From: an uncultured Methylomirabilota bacterium
Lineage (GTDB): Bacteria; Methylomirabilota; Methylomirabilia; Methylomirabilales; 2-02-FULL-66-22
Direction: 5' to 3'
Length of the DNA stretch: 64,000 bases
NCBI GenBank assembly: GCA_963845565.1
Contig: CAWJSJ010000002.1
Coordinates: forward strand, 2,080,001 to 2,144,000
Below the pieces are notes generated by a model. The model had not been told where the DNA came from. It made no database searches and saw nothing but the letters and a program-made list of their open reading frames with translations. A program made the position numbers and the translations under genes. Of the stretch, positions 42,470 through 52,239 are shown piece after piece. Numbering within the stretch: the stretch's first letter is position 1; each line of letters starts with the position of its first letter.

Positions 42470-43492
42470 ATGAGACACCCATCCGTCATCAGCCGCCGCC
42501 GTTTCGTCCAAATCGGAGGGGCAGCCCTCGTGATGCCTGCGCTCATCGGCACGGCGCGGGCGCAGACCAAGTTCACCTGCCGGATCGCCCATAACGAGGC
42601 GATCGGATCGCCGCTCACGCAGGCGTTCGAGACCTGGACCAAACTGCTGAACGACAAGAGCGACGGCCGCATCCAGGCGCAGCATTTCCCAGCAGGCCAG
42701 CTCGGCAGCTACACCCAGAACATCGAGCAAAACCGGCTCGGCACGATCCAGATCACGACCGGCGGACCCGACACCGAGGAATCCGTCGCGCCGGAGATCG
42801 CGGCCACCGGCGGCGCGCCCGGCTTCATCTACCGCGACGATGCACATGTCGATCGCGTCCTGCAGGGGGAGATCGGCGTGGAAGTCTCGCGCATCGCGCG
42901 GGCGAAGACCGGCGTCGAATTCGTCGACTATGGCGAGGTCGGATTCCGGCACATCCTGGCGAAGCGGAAGGTGACCAGCCTCGACGAGGTGAAGGGTCTC
43001 AAGATCCGCGTGCCAGAGCTCAAGATATGGGTCGATTTCTGGAAGAAGCTCGGGGCCAACCCCACGCCGCTTCCCTATGCCGAGCAGTACAGCGCGCTGT
43101 CGACCGGCCTGATCGACGGGCTCGAGGCGGACGTCTTCTCGATCAAGGGCTTCAAGTGGGGCGAGCAGGCCAAACATTTGACCCTGACCGGCCACTGGTT
43201 CCTGCCCAAGGCGGTGCGCGTGAACGCGCGCTGGCTCGATTCGCTGCCCGAAGATCTGCGCAAGTTCGTTCGCGACTCCGCCAAAGGCGTCTTCGCCGAG
43301 CAGCGGAAGCAGAACCGGGCCAACGCGGCAAAGACCCTCGAGGAGCTCAGGGCGTCGGGAATCACCATCTATCAGCTCAGCGACGCGCAGAAATGGCGCG
43401 AAGCGACCGAGCCGCTCTTTGCGGAGTTCGGCGCCAAGAGCCCGGCGACCAAGGCGATGATCGACAAGATCCGTGCGCTCGCCGGCGCGTAA
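42470..43492 (+). CDS. dctP: TRAP substrate-binding protein DctP (Tat signal)
   Basis: SRRRFV, FPAGQLG, GFRH, KGLKIRVP, YSALSTGLIDG. Confidence 0.93.
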   Translation: MRHPSVISRRRFVQIGGAALVMPALIGTARAQTKFTCRIAHNEAIGSPLTQAFETWTKLLNDKSDGRIQAQHFPAGQLGSYTQNIEQNRLGTIQITTGGPDTEESVAPEIAATGGAPGFIYRDDAHVDRVLQGEIGVEVSRIARAKTGVEFVDYGEVGFRHILAKRKVTSLDEVKGLKIRVPELKIWVDFWKKLGANPTPLPYAEQYSALSTGLIDGLEADVFSIKGFKWGEQAKHLTLTGHWFLPKAVRVNARWLDSLPEDLRKFVRDSAKGVFAEQRKQNRANAAKTLEELRASGITIYQLSDAQKWREATEPLFAEFGAKSPATKAMIDKIRALAGA

Positions 43493-43686
43493 CAGGCTTC
43501 TGAAAAAGGCCCATCTGCCGGGACCCGTCTTCCGGACGGGTACCCCGCTTACTCGGGCACTCGCTGCGGCGTACCGGGAGTACGCCTTGACCCACCTTCG
43601 GTGGGTACCCCGCCCTTTGCGTGCCGCCTTGCATCTGGGCCTTTTTGAGCAGCCTTGGCGAAAACGATCATTTCAGCGTTTTGCTA
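43490..43686 (-). mobile_element. Repeat family A copy 4
   Basis: Reverse complement closely matches 15260-15456 with the same 197-bp length; begins at the dctP TAA. Confidence 0.87.
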
Positions 43687-43744
43687 CAGCTCTACCACGG
43701 CGCGGGGGGCGGCCTGCGGCCTCCGCGGTGCGAGGGGCAGCGCT

Positions 43745-45625
43745 GTGAGTTCGGAAGCCGCCGTCACGGGCGCCCCGCGAGGCGCCCGCACGCCGATCCC
43801 GGTTCGCATTGCCGATGCGGTGGACCTCGCAGTGGAAGCGGTGTCCGCCACGCTCCTCGTCGGAACCGTGGCGATCGCGTTCGTGCAGGTCGTCTTTCGC
43901 TACGTGCTGAACAGCGCGCTGAGCTGGCCGGAGGAGATGGCCCGCTTCGCCTTCGTGTGGTTCGTGTTTCTCGCCGCCGCGATGGTGACGCGGCGGTCCC
44001 GCCACGTCGTCATCGACCTGCTGCCGCGGGCGCTCGGGCCGAGCGCGCTTCGGGTGCATGCGTGCGCAGCGCGGATCATCTCGGCGACGGTCGCCGCGTT
44101 CCTTCTCGTCTATGGGGCCGATCTGGTCCTGAAGTCCACCTACGTGTCTCCGGCGCTGCAGTGGCCTTACACCTATCTCTATCTCGCCGTCCCGAGCGGC
44201 GCGGCGATTTCGCTGGCGCTGCTGACGCTTGAACCCATCGCTGGCTTCGCTCGGGGCTGGAGCGGCCCGCTGTCGACCCTGGCCGGCGTTGCCGCGTATC
44301 TCGCGCTGGAACGCGCGGCGGGTACGAGCGTCATGGGCTCCTTCGGTGTCGTCTGGCCGCTGGTGATCATCGGCATCGGTTTGATGATGCTCGGCGTTCC
44401 GATCGTCGATGCCCTGATCTTCGGCACATTCGTGGCGTTCCTGCCGCAGGGCGAGCTGGCGCTGCTTCCGGTGCCGCAGGGGCTCACGAACGCGCTGGAT
44501 TACCTGCTGCTCGCCATCCCGTTCTTCATGCTGGCGGCGGGCCTGATGAATGTCAGCGGCATCACCGAGCGCCTGGTGGCGTTCGCGGCGACCCTGGTCG
44601 GACATTTCCGCGGCGGCCTGGGGCACGTGAACGTCCTGACCAACACGCTGATGGGCGGCGTCTCCGGTTCCTCGACGGCGGACGCCGCCGCCATCGCCAA
44701 GACCATGGTTCCCGCCATGGAGCGACGCGGCTATCCGAAACCCTTCGGCGTCGCGCTGACGAGCTCGGCGTCGATTCTCGCCAACATGATTCCGCCGAGC
44801 CTCGGGCTCATCATCTACGGCGCGTTGGCCAGCGTGTCGGTCGGCGCCCTGTTCGTTGCCACCATCGTGCCCGGCCTGTTGATGGCGCTAACGCTGGCCG
44901 TCGTCGTGCACGTCGAGTGCCTGCGGCAAGGCATCGGCGAGCACGGCGAGCGCGCAAGCTGGGCGACGCGTGGAGAGGCCGGGCTGCGCGCACTGCTGGC
45001 TCTCATTCTGCCGCTGGTGATCGTCGGCGGGATCCGGTATGGCGTGTTCACGGCGACCGAGGCGGGGGCGGTCGCCGCGCTCTATTCCGTGGTCTGCGGC
45101 GCGCTGGTATACCGAACGGCCGGCGGGGCCTCGCTGCTGCGGGCGCTTCGCGAGTCGCTGACGGAAACGGCGACGGTGATGGTCATCATCGCGGCCTCCG
45201 CGCCGTTTGCCTTTGCCCTGATCATCGAGCAGGTCCCGCAGAAGCTCGCGATCGCCATGGGCACGCTCGCCGGCAACTGGGTACTGTTGCTGCTGGTACT
45301 CAACCTGTTCCTGCTCTTCGTCGGTCTGGCCATGGAGATGATCGCCTCCATGGTGATCCTGGTGCCGTTGCTGGTTCCGATCCTGAACGCGGCGAAGATC
45401 GACCTGGTGCATTTCGGCGTGGTGATGGTCGCAAACCTGTGCATCGGCGCGCTCACGCCGCCGCTCGCGATCCTGGTGTTCACCGCTGCACGCGTCACCG
45501 ATACGCCGATCCATCTTGCCTATCGCGCCTGCCGACCGTTCATGATCGGTCTGCTGATTTGGCTCGCCGTGATCACCTTCGTACCGGCGCTGAGCCTCGT
45601 TCCCGTGGGCTTGTTCGGTCCATGA
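43745..45625 (+). CDS. Fused TRAP DctQ-DctM permease
   Basis: N-terminal DctQ (WPEEMAR, HVVID) followed by DctM (AIPFF, GVSGSSTAD, IPPS, FTATEAG, LTPP). Confidence 0.9.
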   Translation: MSSEAAVTGAPRGARTPIPVRIADAVDLAVEAVSATLLVGTVAIAFVQVVFRYVLNSALSWPEEMARFAFVWFVFLAAAMVTRRSRHVVIDLLPRALGPSALRVHACAARIISATVAAFLLVYGADLVLKSTYVSPALQWPYTYLYLAVPSGAAISLALLTLEPIAGFARGWSGPLSTLAGVAAYLALERAAGTSVMGSFGVVWPLVIIGIGLMMLGVPIVDALIFGTFVAFLPQGELALLPVPQGLTNALDYLLLAIPFFMLAAGLMNVSGITERLVAFAATLVGHFRGGLGHVNVLTNTLMGGVSGSSTADAAAIAKTMVPAMERRGYPKPFGVALTSSASILANMIPPSLGLIIYGALASVSVGALFVATIVPGLLMALTLAVVVHVECLRQGIGEHGERASWATRGEAGLRALLALILPLVIVGGIRYGVFTATEAGAVAALYSVVCGALVYRTAGGASLLRALRESLTETATVMVIIAASAPFAFALIIEQVPQKLAIAMGTLAGNWVLLLLVLNLFLLFVGLAMEMIASMVILVPLLVPILNAAKIDLVHFGVVMVANLCIGALTPPLAILVFTAARVTDTPIHLAYRACRPFMIGLLIWLAVITFVPALSLVPVGLFGP

Positions 45626-45692
45626 CCGGAGATTGCCGCGCGCGATAGGCGCTCGAGAAACGGGGGGACTGGTGTTCCGTGAGGGGTCAGAG

Positions 45693-46484
45693 GTGAGCGG
45701 ATTACCGTTTGCGCGTGGCAGGTACCGGACCGGCGAATCTCGGCGCTCGGTCCTCGGGCGGTTGTCGCCCGGGCTGGCCCTCTATGCGCGCATCGTCTCC
45801 ATCGTCCTGCGTGCCGGCGCCAAGGCCAAGCGGGGACGGTACGATGATGCGGAGTGGAAAGCGAGCAGCCTTGCCACCGTGCGTGCACTCGAGGCGGCGG
45901 GTGTCACGATCGACATCTCCGGCCTGGAGCACCCGGCAGCGCTGGAGGGCCCCTGCGTCTTCATCGGCAACCACATGAGCACGCTGGAGACATTCGTCCT
46001 TCCGGTGGTCTTGCTCCCCTTCACGAAGGTCACCTTCGTGGTCAAGCGCAGCCTGGTAGAGTACCCGGTGTTCGGGCACGTCATGCGCTCCAGGGATCCC
46101 ATCACGGTGGGGCGAACCAATCCACGGGAAGACCTGAAGGCGGTGCTGGAGGGCGGCGTGGAGCGGCTCGGCAAGGGGGTCTCGATCGTCATCTTTCCCC
46201 AGACGACGCGCGTGCCGCTCTTCGATCCGGAGGAATTCAACACCATCGGCGTCAAGCTGGCGAAGAAGGCCAACGTTCCGGTGGTCCCCTTGGCGCTCAA
46301 GACGGATGCGTGGGGCAACGGGACGCTGATGAAGGAATTCGGCAGGATCGATCCCTCCAAGACCGTGTACTTCGCCTTTGCGGCGCCGATGCGGGTCCAG
46401 GATCGGGGCGCGGAGGAACATGAGGCCATCGTCCGGTTCATCAGGACGAAGTTGAAGGTGTGGGGTGGGTCGGTCGTGGAGTGA
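45693..46484 (+). CDS. Lysophospholipid acyltransferase (PlsC family)
   Basis: NHMSTLE (HX4D-like), IFPQTTR, VVPLA. Confidence 0.85.
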   Translation: MSGLPFARGRYRTGESRRSVLGRLSPGLALYARIVSIVLRAGAKAKRGRYDDAEWKASSLATVRALEAAGVTIDISGLEHPAALEGPCVFIGNHMSTLETFVLPVVLLPFTKVTFVVKRSLVEYPVFGHVMRSRDPITVGRTNPREDLKAVLEGGVERLGKGVSIVIFPQTTRVPLFDPEEFNTIGVKLAKKANVPVVPLALKTDAWGNGTLMKEFGRIDPSKTVYFAFAAPMRVQDRGAEEHEAIVRFIRTKLKVWGGSVVE

Positions 46485-46710
46485 CCTTTCGATCTATCCG
46501 CCCCTGTCCAGGGGACGATTCCGCTGCGACGTTAATCATTCCCACGGCTGGAAACAATCCTGCGGTCTTGTGGTTTCCAGCGGCTTCTTGGCCATGCTCG
46601 GAGTTTACGGGCCATCCAGCCGGCGGCACCGGAGGCCCTGCCAGAGGCGCGAGGGGCCGCGGGTGCGTTGGACAGCCTCCGCCATGCACCTGGGGTGCGT
46701 GGACGGCGCA

Positions 46711-47679
46711 TCACGGGGTCAAGGGCGAGGATTTGATCTGCCGAGCCATAATGAACAGCGATTCCGCCCGTTCACGCGCCTGCGCATCGGGCGCGCGCCG
46801 GAGGGCGAGCTCGCCCAGGCGGCGCAGATGGCCCGACATGCCATCCCGGAACGCGCGAGCGGCCACCGGACCTTTTGGAAAGAGCAGAGCCAGGCCCTCA
46901 GCCAAGAGAGAGGGGTTGACAGAGGTTTCCAGATCCACCGCCCATCGGATTGCGCTTTCGACGGAAGGGCGCGGCTCCCGGGCGAGAGACTCCTCGGCCG
47001 CTTCCAGGGCTGCTTCGCGCCGGATATTCTGCGCCAGAAATCGCTCCGCCGCCTCCACCTCAATGTGCGCCTCGCGCGCGTGGCCGCGGAAAAAGCCCAA
47101 CAGGTTGGCATGGTTGCTCTCGTTCAGGGAACGATCGAGCCAGAACCGGGCCTCCTCCTCATCCACCGGGTATGCCTCGGCCAAGCGGAGGTAAAACTGA
47201 GAAGAGCGGGCCTTGAGGGCGATCGCCCTCCCGAGGATCTCCAAGCCCGGTGCGGGAGGGACACGTGTCGGTAGGAGCGCTTGCTCGAACCAGCACCGAT
47301 AGAGTGACTCGACCGCGCCGATGATGCCCTTGCCTGCCGACATCTTGGAGAGATAGCAGTTCGCCCCAAGGATATAGGCCTCGGTTACGTCCTCCGGGTC
47401 GACTTTGTTGGAGAGTACGATCACGGGGATGGCCGCCCAGGCCGGGTTCGCCTTCACTCTCCGGATCACGTCGAGACCGGAACCGTCCGGCAGTTCCACG
47501 TCCACCAGGATTAGGTCAACAGGTTGGCCGGCCGCCAGGCGCTCCTGAAGGAGGGTCAGCGCTTGGCGCACGGTTGCCGCTGGCAAGACCTCCCCTGAGA
47601 AACCCAGCTGCTGGAAACCAATCTGGACGAGTCTTGCCAGGTGGGGATCGTCTTCCAGGTGAAGAATGCAATATGCCAT
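46711..47679 (-). CDS. Response regulator (REC) fused to a degenerate ferritin/rubrerythrin-like domain
   Basis: LEDD, LVDVELP, VLS, GANCYLSK; C-terminal AIALK..SQFY..LAE...FW...NESNH. Confidence 0.75.
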   Translation of the reverse strand: MAYCILHLEDDPHLARLVQIGFQQLGFSGEVLPAATVRQALTLLQERLAAGQPVDLILVDVELPDGSGLDVIRRVKANPAWAAIPVIVLSNKVDPEDVTEAYILGANCYLSKMSAGKGIIGAVESLYRCWFEQALLPTRVPPAPGLEILGRAIALKARSSQFYLRLAEAYPVDEEEARFWLDRSLNESNHANLLGFFRGHAREAHIEVEAAERFLAQNIRREAALEAAEESLAREPRPSVESAIRWAVDLETSVNPSLLAEGLALLFPKGPVAARAFRDGMSGHLRRLGELALRRAPDAQARERAESLFIMARQIKSSPLTP

Positions 47680-47816
47680 GTCGGTCCTCCGGGGGGAGAC
47701 AGGTGGGGCAGGACGTCTCGGCCGCTCCCCTCTTATTTTTGCTGCTATCCGCGACGAATCGCTCGCCTCGGCAACTCCTCCGACGCGGGTCGCAGTTACC
47801 GCTCCGATGCGGTGGC

Positions 47817-49081
47817 CTACCGGAAGGAATCCAAGCCGGTGAAATCCAACGTTCGGAAGTAGTCCTCCACGGTCTCGGCCCGGCGAATCAGGCGCACGCT
47901 GCCGTCCTCGCGCAGGAGGAGTTCCGCGGAGCGGAGTTTCCCGTTGTAGTTGAAGCCCATCGCCCAACCGTGCGCGCCGGTATCGTGGATGGCGAGGAGA
48001 TCGCCGACCGCGATCTCGGGCAACGACCGCTGGATCGCGAACTTGTCGTTATTCTCACACAGGCTTCCCGTGACGTCATACGTCGCGGTGGCAGCCGCCG
48101 ACTCCTTGCCCAGGACGGTGATGTGATGATAGGCCCCGTACATGCCAGGGCGCATCAGGTTCGCCATGCTGGCGTCGGTGCCGACGTATCGGCGAAAGGT
48201 CTCCTTGAGGTGGATCACCCTGGTCACGAGCCAACCATAGGGCCCCGTGACGACTCGTCCACACTCCATGGCAAGTCTGACCGGGTGCAGTCCGTTCCGC
48301 ACGATGAGGTCGCCGTACGCCTGCCGGATTCCCGCCGCGACGCGATCGTAGCGGTACCGGGTCCTGGTCGGGCCGGTAGGGGATGCCGACCCCTCCGCCG
48401 AGATTGACCAGCTCCATCCGAATCCCGAGGCGCTGCGTGATCTCGACCGCCAACTCGAACACGAGCCGAGCGGTTTCCACGAAATACGCCGGGTCGAGCT
48501 CGTTCGACGCGACCATGGTGTGCAGTCCGAACCGGGTGGCCCCTTTCGCCTTGAGACGGGCGTACCCGGCTAGAAGCTGATCGCGGGTGAACCCGTACTT
48601 TGCCTCCTCCGGCTTTCCGATGATCGCGTTGCCGCCCTTGAGCGGACCCGGGTTGTAGCGGCACGAGACCAGTTCAGGAACCCCGCAGGCACGCTCCAGA
48701 GCGTCAATGTGGCTGATGTCGTCAAGGTTGATGACGGCCCCGAGTCGCCGCGCCTCGCAAAACTCCTCGGCAGGCGTGTCGTTCGAGGTGAACATGATGT
48801 GTTCACCGGTGATGCCAACCCGTTCCGCCATCAAGAGCTCGGGTCGGCTGGAACAGTCCGCCCCGAAACCCTCGGCCTTGAGGATGGCGAGGATGTACGG
48901 GTTCGGCAGGGCCTTGACGGCGAAATAATTGATGAAGCCGTCGAACTCGGCGAAGGCGCGCCTGAAGTCACGGGCGTTCGCCCGGATGGCTCGTTCGTCA
49001 TAGACGTGGAAGGGGGTCGGGAACTCGGCGGCGATCTTCTCTGCCCGCGCTTTCGTGAAGGGGTACGGTCTTTGTGGTCAT
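47817..49081 (-). CDS. lysA: Diaminopimelate decarboxylase (two apparent frameshifts near 49060 and 48350)
   Basis: PTPFHVYDE, FAVKA, NLGGG, ECGR, RPGMYGAYH, GSLCENND, MGFNYN. Confidence 0.9.
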
Positions 49082-49421
49082 CGGTGTGTTTTGGATTATG
49101 GGTGAGCATCCACGCGCAACCTCGGCACACATCTCCGAGCCTGCAGCGGTGTAAGCCACGAGAAAATGCCTCATTAACCCGGTCGGCGTCAAGGGGAAAC
49201 GCGAGACAACGCGACGTGGGAAACTGCCAATCCGGACGCTCGCTCGACGCGGCGATTCTTTTTCGGGAGGGGTTCGGAGGGCCTCGTGGTGCAGGGAGAC
49301 AACCGTTACGTGATCGCAGAGGAGGGTATGATCCGTTGCGCGCCAACGGGTAGCCAGACACATCCGTTTTCGCTTCGCCGGATAATCATTCCCGGATCAT
49401 CTTTTCCCCTGGGTCAAATTG

Positions 49422-49525
49422 GGCGGGAATTTTTACCGGCTTCCCGCCATTGTTTTTTCGGAAGAACCATAACCTCCCAAAAAGTAACACCAGCAGACTC
49501 GCAAAAACCGGGCACGAGTCTTGCC
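49422..49525 (+). promoter_or_regulatory. Sigma54-type -24/-12 promoter with upstream palindromic enhancer candidate
   Basis: GGCACGAGTCTTGC at 49511-49524 (GG-N10-GC); GGCGGGAA-N11-TTCCCGCC at 49422-49448. Confidence 0.6.
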
Positions 49526-49616
49526 AAGGGTTAAACCGGTTTGACTGATCCAGTTCCCGACCGTTTCCATCCGATTTCATTGCGTATTCATTGGGCAGAT
49601 GTCGAGGGGGGTGACG

Positions 49617-51111
49617 ATGGGGTTGATGGCAAGAACCCTCGTCCTTCGGGTAATCAGCCGTGCTTCACGAAGGATCGTGACGAGTCTTTGCTTCGCGAGC
49701 CTCATCCTTGGAACCGCTCACGCCGCGCAGCTCACCGCAACGTGGGTTGACAATTCGGATAACGAGAAAGACTTCAAGCTCGAGCGGAAGACGGAGACAA
49801 CTGGAAAGTATCAACTCCTTGCGTCTGTGCCCGCCGACACGACTGTCTACGTCGACACCACGGTGACCGCAGGTACCACTTACTGTTACCGAATCCGGGC
49901 CAAAAACGACGCCGGGGAGTCCGCCAACTCCAACGAGGCCTGCGCGGTGGCCACCAACCCCGTACTCCGGGCCCTCACCGTTGCCAAGGCGGGCACCGGG
50001 ACCGGTACCGTCGCTTCGAGCCCTGCCGGAATTAACTGCGGCGCCACCTGTAGTGCGAGCTTCACCAGCGGGACCAGCGTCGGCCTGAGTGCGACCGCTG
50101 CCACCGGCTCGACCTTCACCGGCTGGAGCGGGGCCTGTACCGGGACCGGCGGATGCGCCGTGGTACTCGATGCTGCCAAGAGCGTCACGGCGACGTTCGC
50201 GGTCGGAGCGCAGGCCACCACCACGCTTACCATGTCCAGCGTCACCGCCAGCCCAGGCGAGCCCGGTAGTGGCCGGGACGGCCCTCACGCTCACCGCCAC
50301 GGCGACCGGGGGCACCGCCCCCTATCAGTTCAAGTGGTGGGTCTGGAACGGCAGCGCCTGGTCCGTGGCGCGGGAGTGGGCCCCCGGCAACACTCTCCGC
50401 TGGACGCCCACTGCCCCCGGAGATTACGAGGTCCATGCCTGGGTCCGCAATAATGGCGTGACCGCGGACGCCTGGCAGGCGTGGGGCCGTCTCGCTTACA
50501 CGGTGACGGCTGCTCCCACCGCCTCCCTTTCCACCATGTCCACCACTGTCACCGCCACCCAGGCGAGCCCGGTAGTGGCCGGGACGCCGCTCACGCTCAC
50601 CGCCACGGCGACCGGGGGCACCGCCCCCTATCAGTTCAAGTGGTGGGTCTGGAACGGCAGCGCCTGGTCCGTCGCGCGGGACTGGGGGACCGGCAACACT
50701 CTCACCTGGACGCCGCCGGCGCCGGGGACCTACGAGGTCCATGCCTGGGTCCGCAATAACGGCGTGACGGCGGACACCTGGCAGGCGTGGGGCCGTCTCA
50801 CCTACACGGTGACAGACGCCGCCGCCCCGACCATGGCCAGCGTCACCGCCAACCGGACGGGCATCCGACCGGTCGGCCGGTCCGTCACCCTCACCGCCAC
50901 GGCGACCGGGGGCACCGCCCCCTATCAGTTCAAGTGGTGGGTCTGGAACGGGAGCGCCTGGAGCGTCGCGCAGGAGTGGGCCCCCGGCAACACCCTCCGC
51001 TGGACGCCCACTGCCCCCGGAGACTACGAGGTCCATGCCTGGGTCCGCAATAACGGCGTGACCGCGGACGCCTGGCAGGCCTGGGGACGCCTCAGCTACA
51101 CGGTGAGGTGA
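49617..51111 (+). CDS. Secreted protein: FN3 + InlB-B/Flg_new-like domain + 3 Trp-rich repeats (one frameshift near 50250)
   Basis: Signal peptide AHA-A; WVDNSDNE...YCYRIRA (FN3); GTVASSPAGINCG...FTGWSGAC; 3x GGTAPYQFKWWVWNGSAW. Confidence 0.8.
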
Positions 51112-51174
51112 CCGCGGCGATCCCGTAGCCAGGGCCTCCTGGTCGGTCAGGAAGGTATCGAGTGACACCCAAAG

Positions 51175-51207
51175 ACGCGGGGGCTGCCAACAGCTCCCGC
51201 GTTTCTT
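51175..51207 (+). terminator. Probable terminator
   Basis: ACGCGGGGGCTG-CCAA-CAGCTCCCGCGT-TTCTT. Confidence 0.6.
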
Positions 51208-51761
51208 CCTTGGCGACGCATTGGATCCCTCCGCTGCACAGCCCCATTCCGCCCCTCGCCGCCTATGGCCCTTCAGCGCACACCCGCCCATACCCAGGCC
51301 CTGCTCGACAAGCGCGAGGACTCTTGCGGTAATAGCTGCGATGCGGGTTCGCGCCAACTGCTTTCCAATTGACACTTGGCGGAATAGTTGTTAGATGAAG
51401 CTAACGCGATTTATATCGAGGAGGCGATTTTTTTAGGAGTGTAATCGGTGTGGGTGTGTTTGCCCGCTTTGTATGTTCGCCTTCCTGGGTCTGTGGCCCA
51501 GGAAGGCGTTCCTGTTTCTGGGACTGAAATGGTGCTCTACTCAGAGAGTCGATCATGCGGATCGCTCGTGGCCCCGGCCGGGCCTGGTGTGACCACAGAG
51601 GGAACCTCAAGAACGTCGCCCAACAGGACGCGGGCCCATCTTGCGTTCTTGACTGATGGTTGACGCGGTGTCTGTTTCTCCCGATCTTTGCCAGCACGGG
51701 TGTCGAGAGGTGTTCGCATGATTGTTGGTCTCGAGAGCGTTGGAGGCGGGGAGGCGGCGAG

Positions 51762-52223
51762 TTGAAGTCATCATTCGTAATTGGTCTCATCCTTCTGCAA
51801 ACATGTTGCACAGAAATGATCGGACATTGCGTGGACGATTCCGCTCAGTTTTTTTCCGTAAAAGAGATTCTTGATTCATGCGGGATTCCGGGCCCGTGCG
51901 ATGTGGCGAGGGGCTGTGAGGGGAGAATAGTCAGGGTCAAAGGTCACATAGATTATGACAACATCTTCGATAAGAAAACGTATCCGCATTTGCCTTACGA
52001 GAAATTCACCATTCGCGACAGAGACGGGAAGTCCATAGAGGTATGGATTGGCTCCAAGGATAGTCGTGAGATATTCAGCGCCATTCGTCGCCATAAATCC
52101 TTACCTGAGAAAATGGTACACCTCGAGGGAGAAATCGTGGGTTTCGACCTGCCGATAATGGGGGAGTGCCATCGGGGAATAAAGATCCAGCTTGCAGGAG
52201 CCGGGAAGATATTCTTTAGGTGA
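51762..52223 (+). CDS. Hypothetical Cys-containing exported protein, lower GC
   Basis: Open frame ending 16 nt before the protease start; TTG start after GGAGG is a guess; hydrophobic N-terminus. Confidence 0.6.
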   Translation: MKSSFVIGLILLQTCCTEMIGHCVDDSAQFFSVKEILDSCGIPGPCDVARGCEGRIVRVKGHIDYDNIFDKKTYPHLPYEKFTIRDRDGKSIEVWIGSKDSREIFSAIRRHKSLPEKMVHLEGEIVGFDLPIMGECHRGIKIQLAGAGKIFFR

Positions 52224-52239
52224 TCTTGAGGAGATAGCC

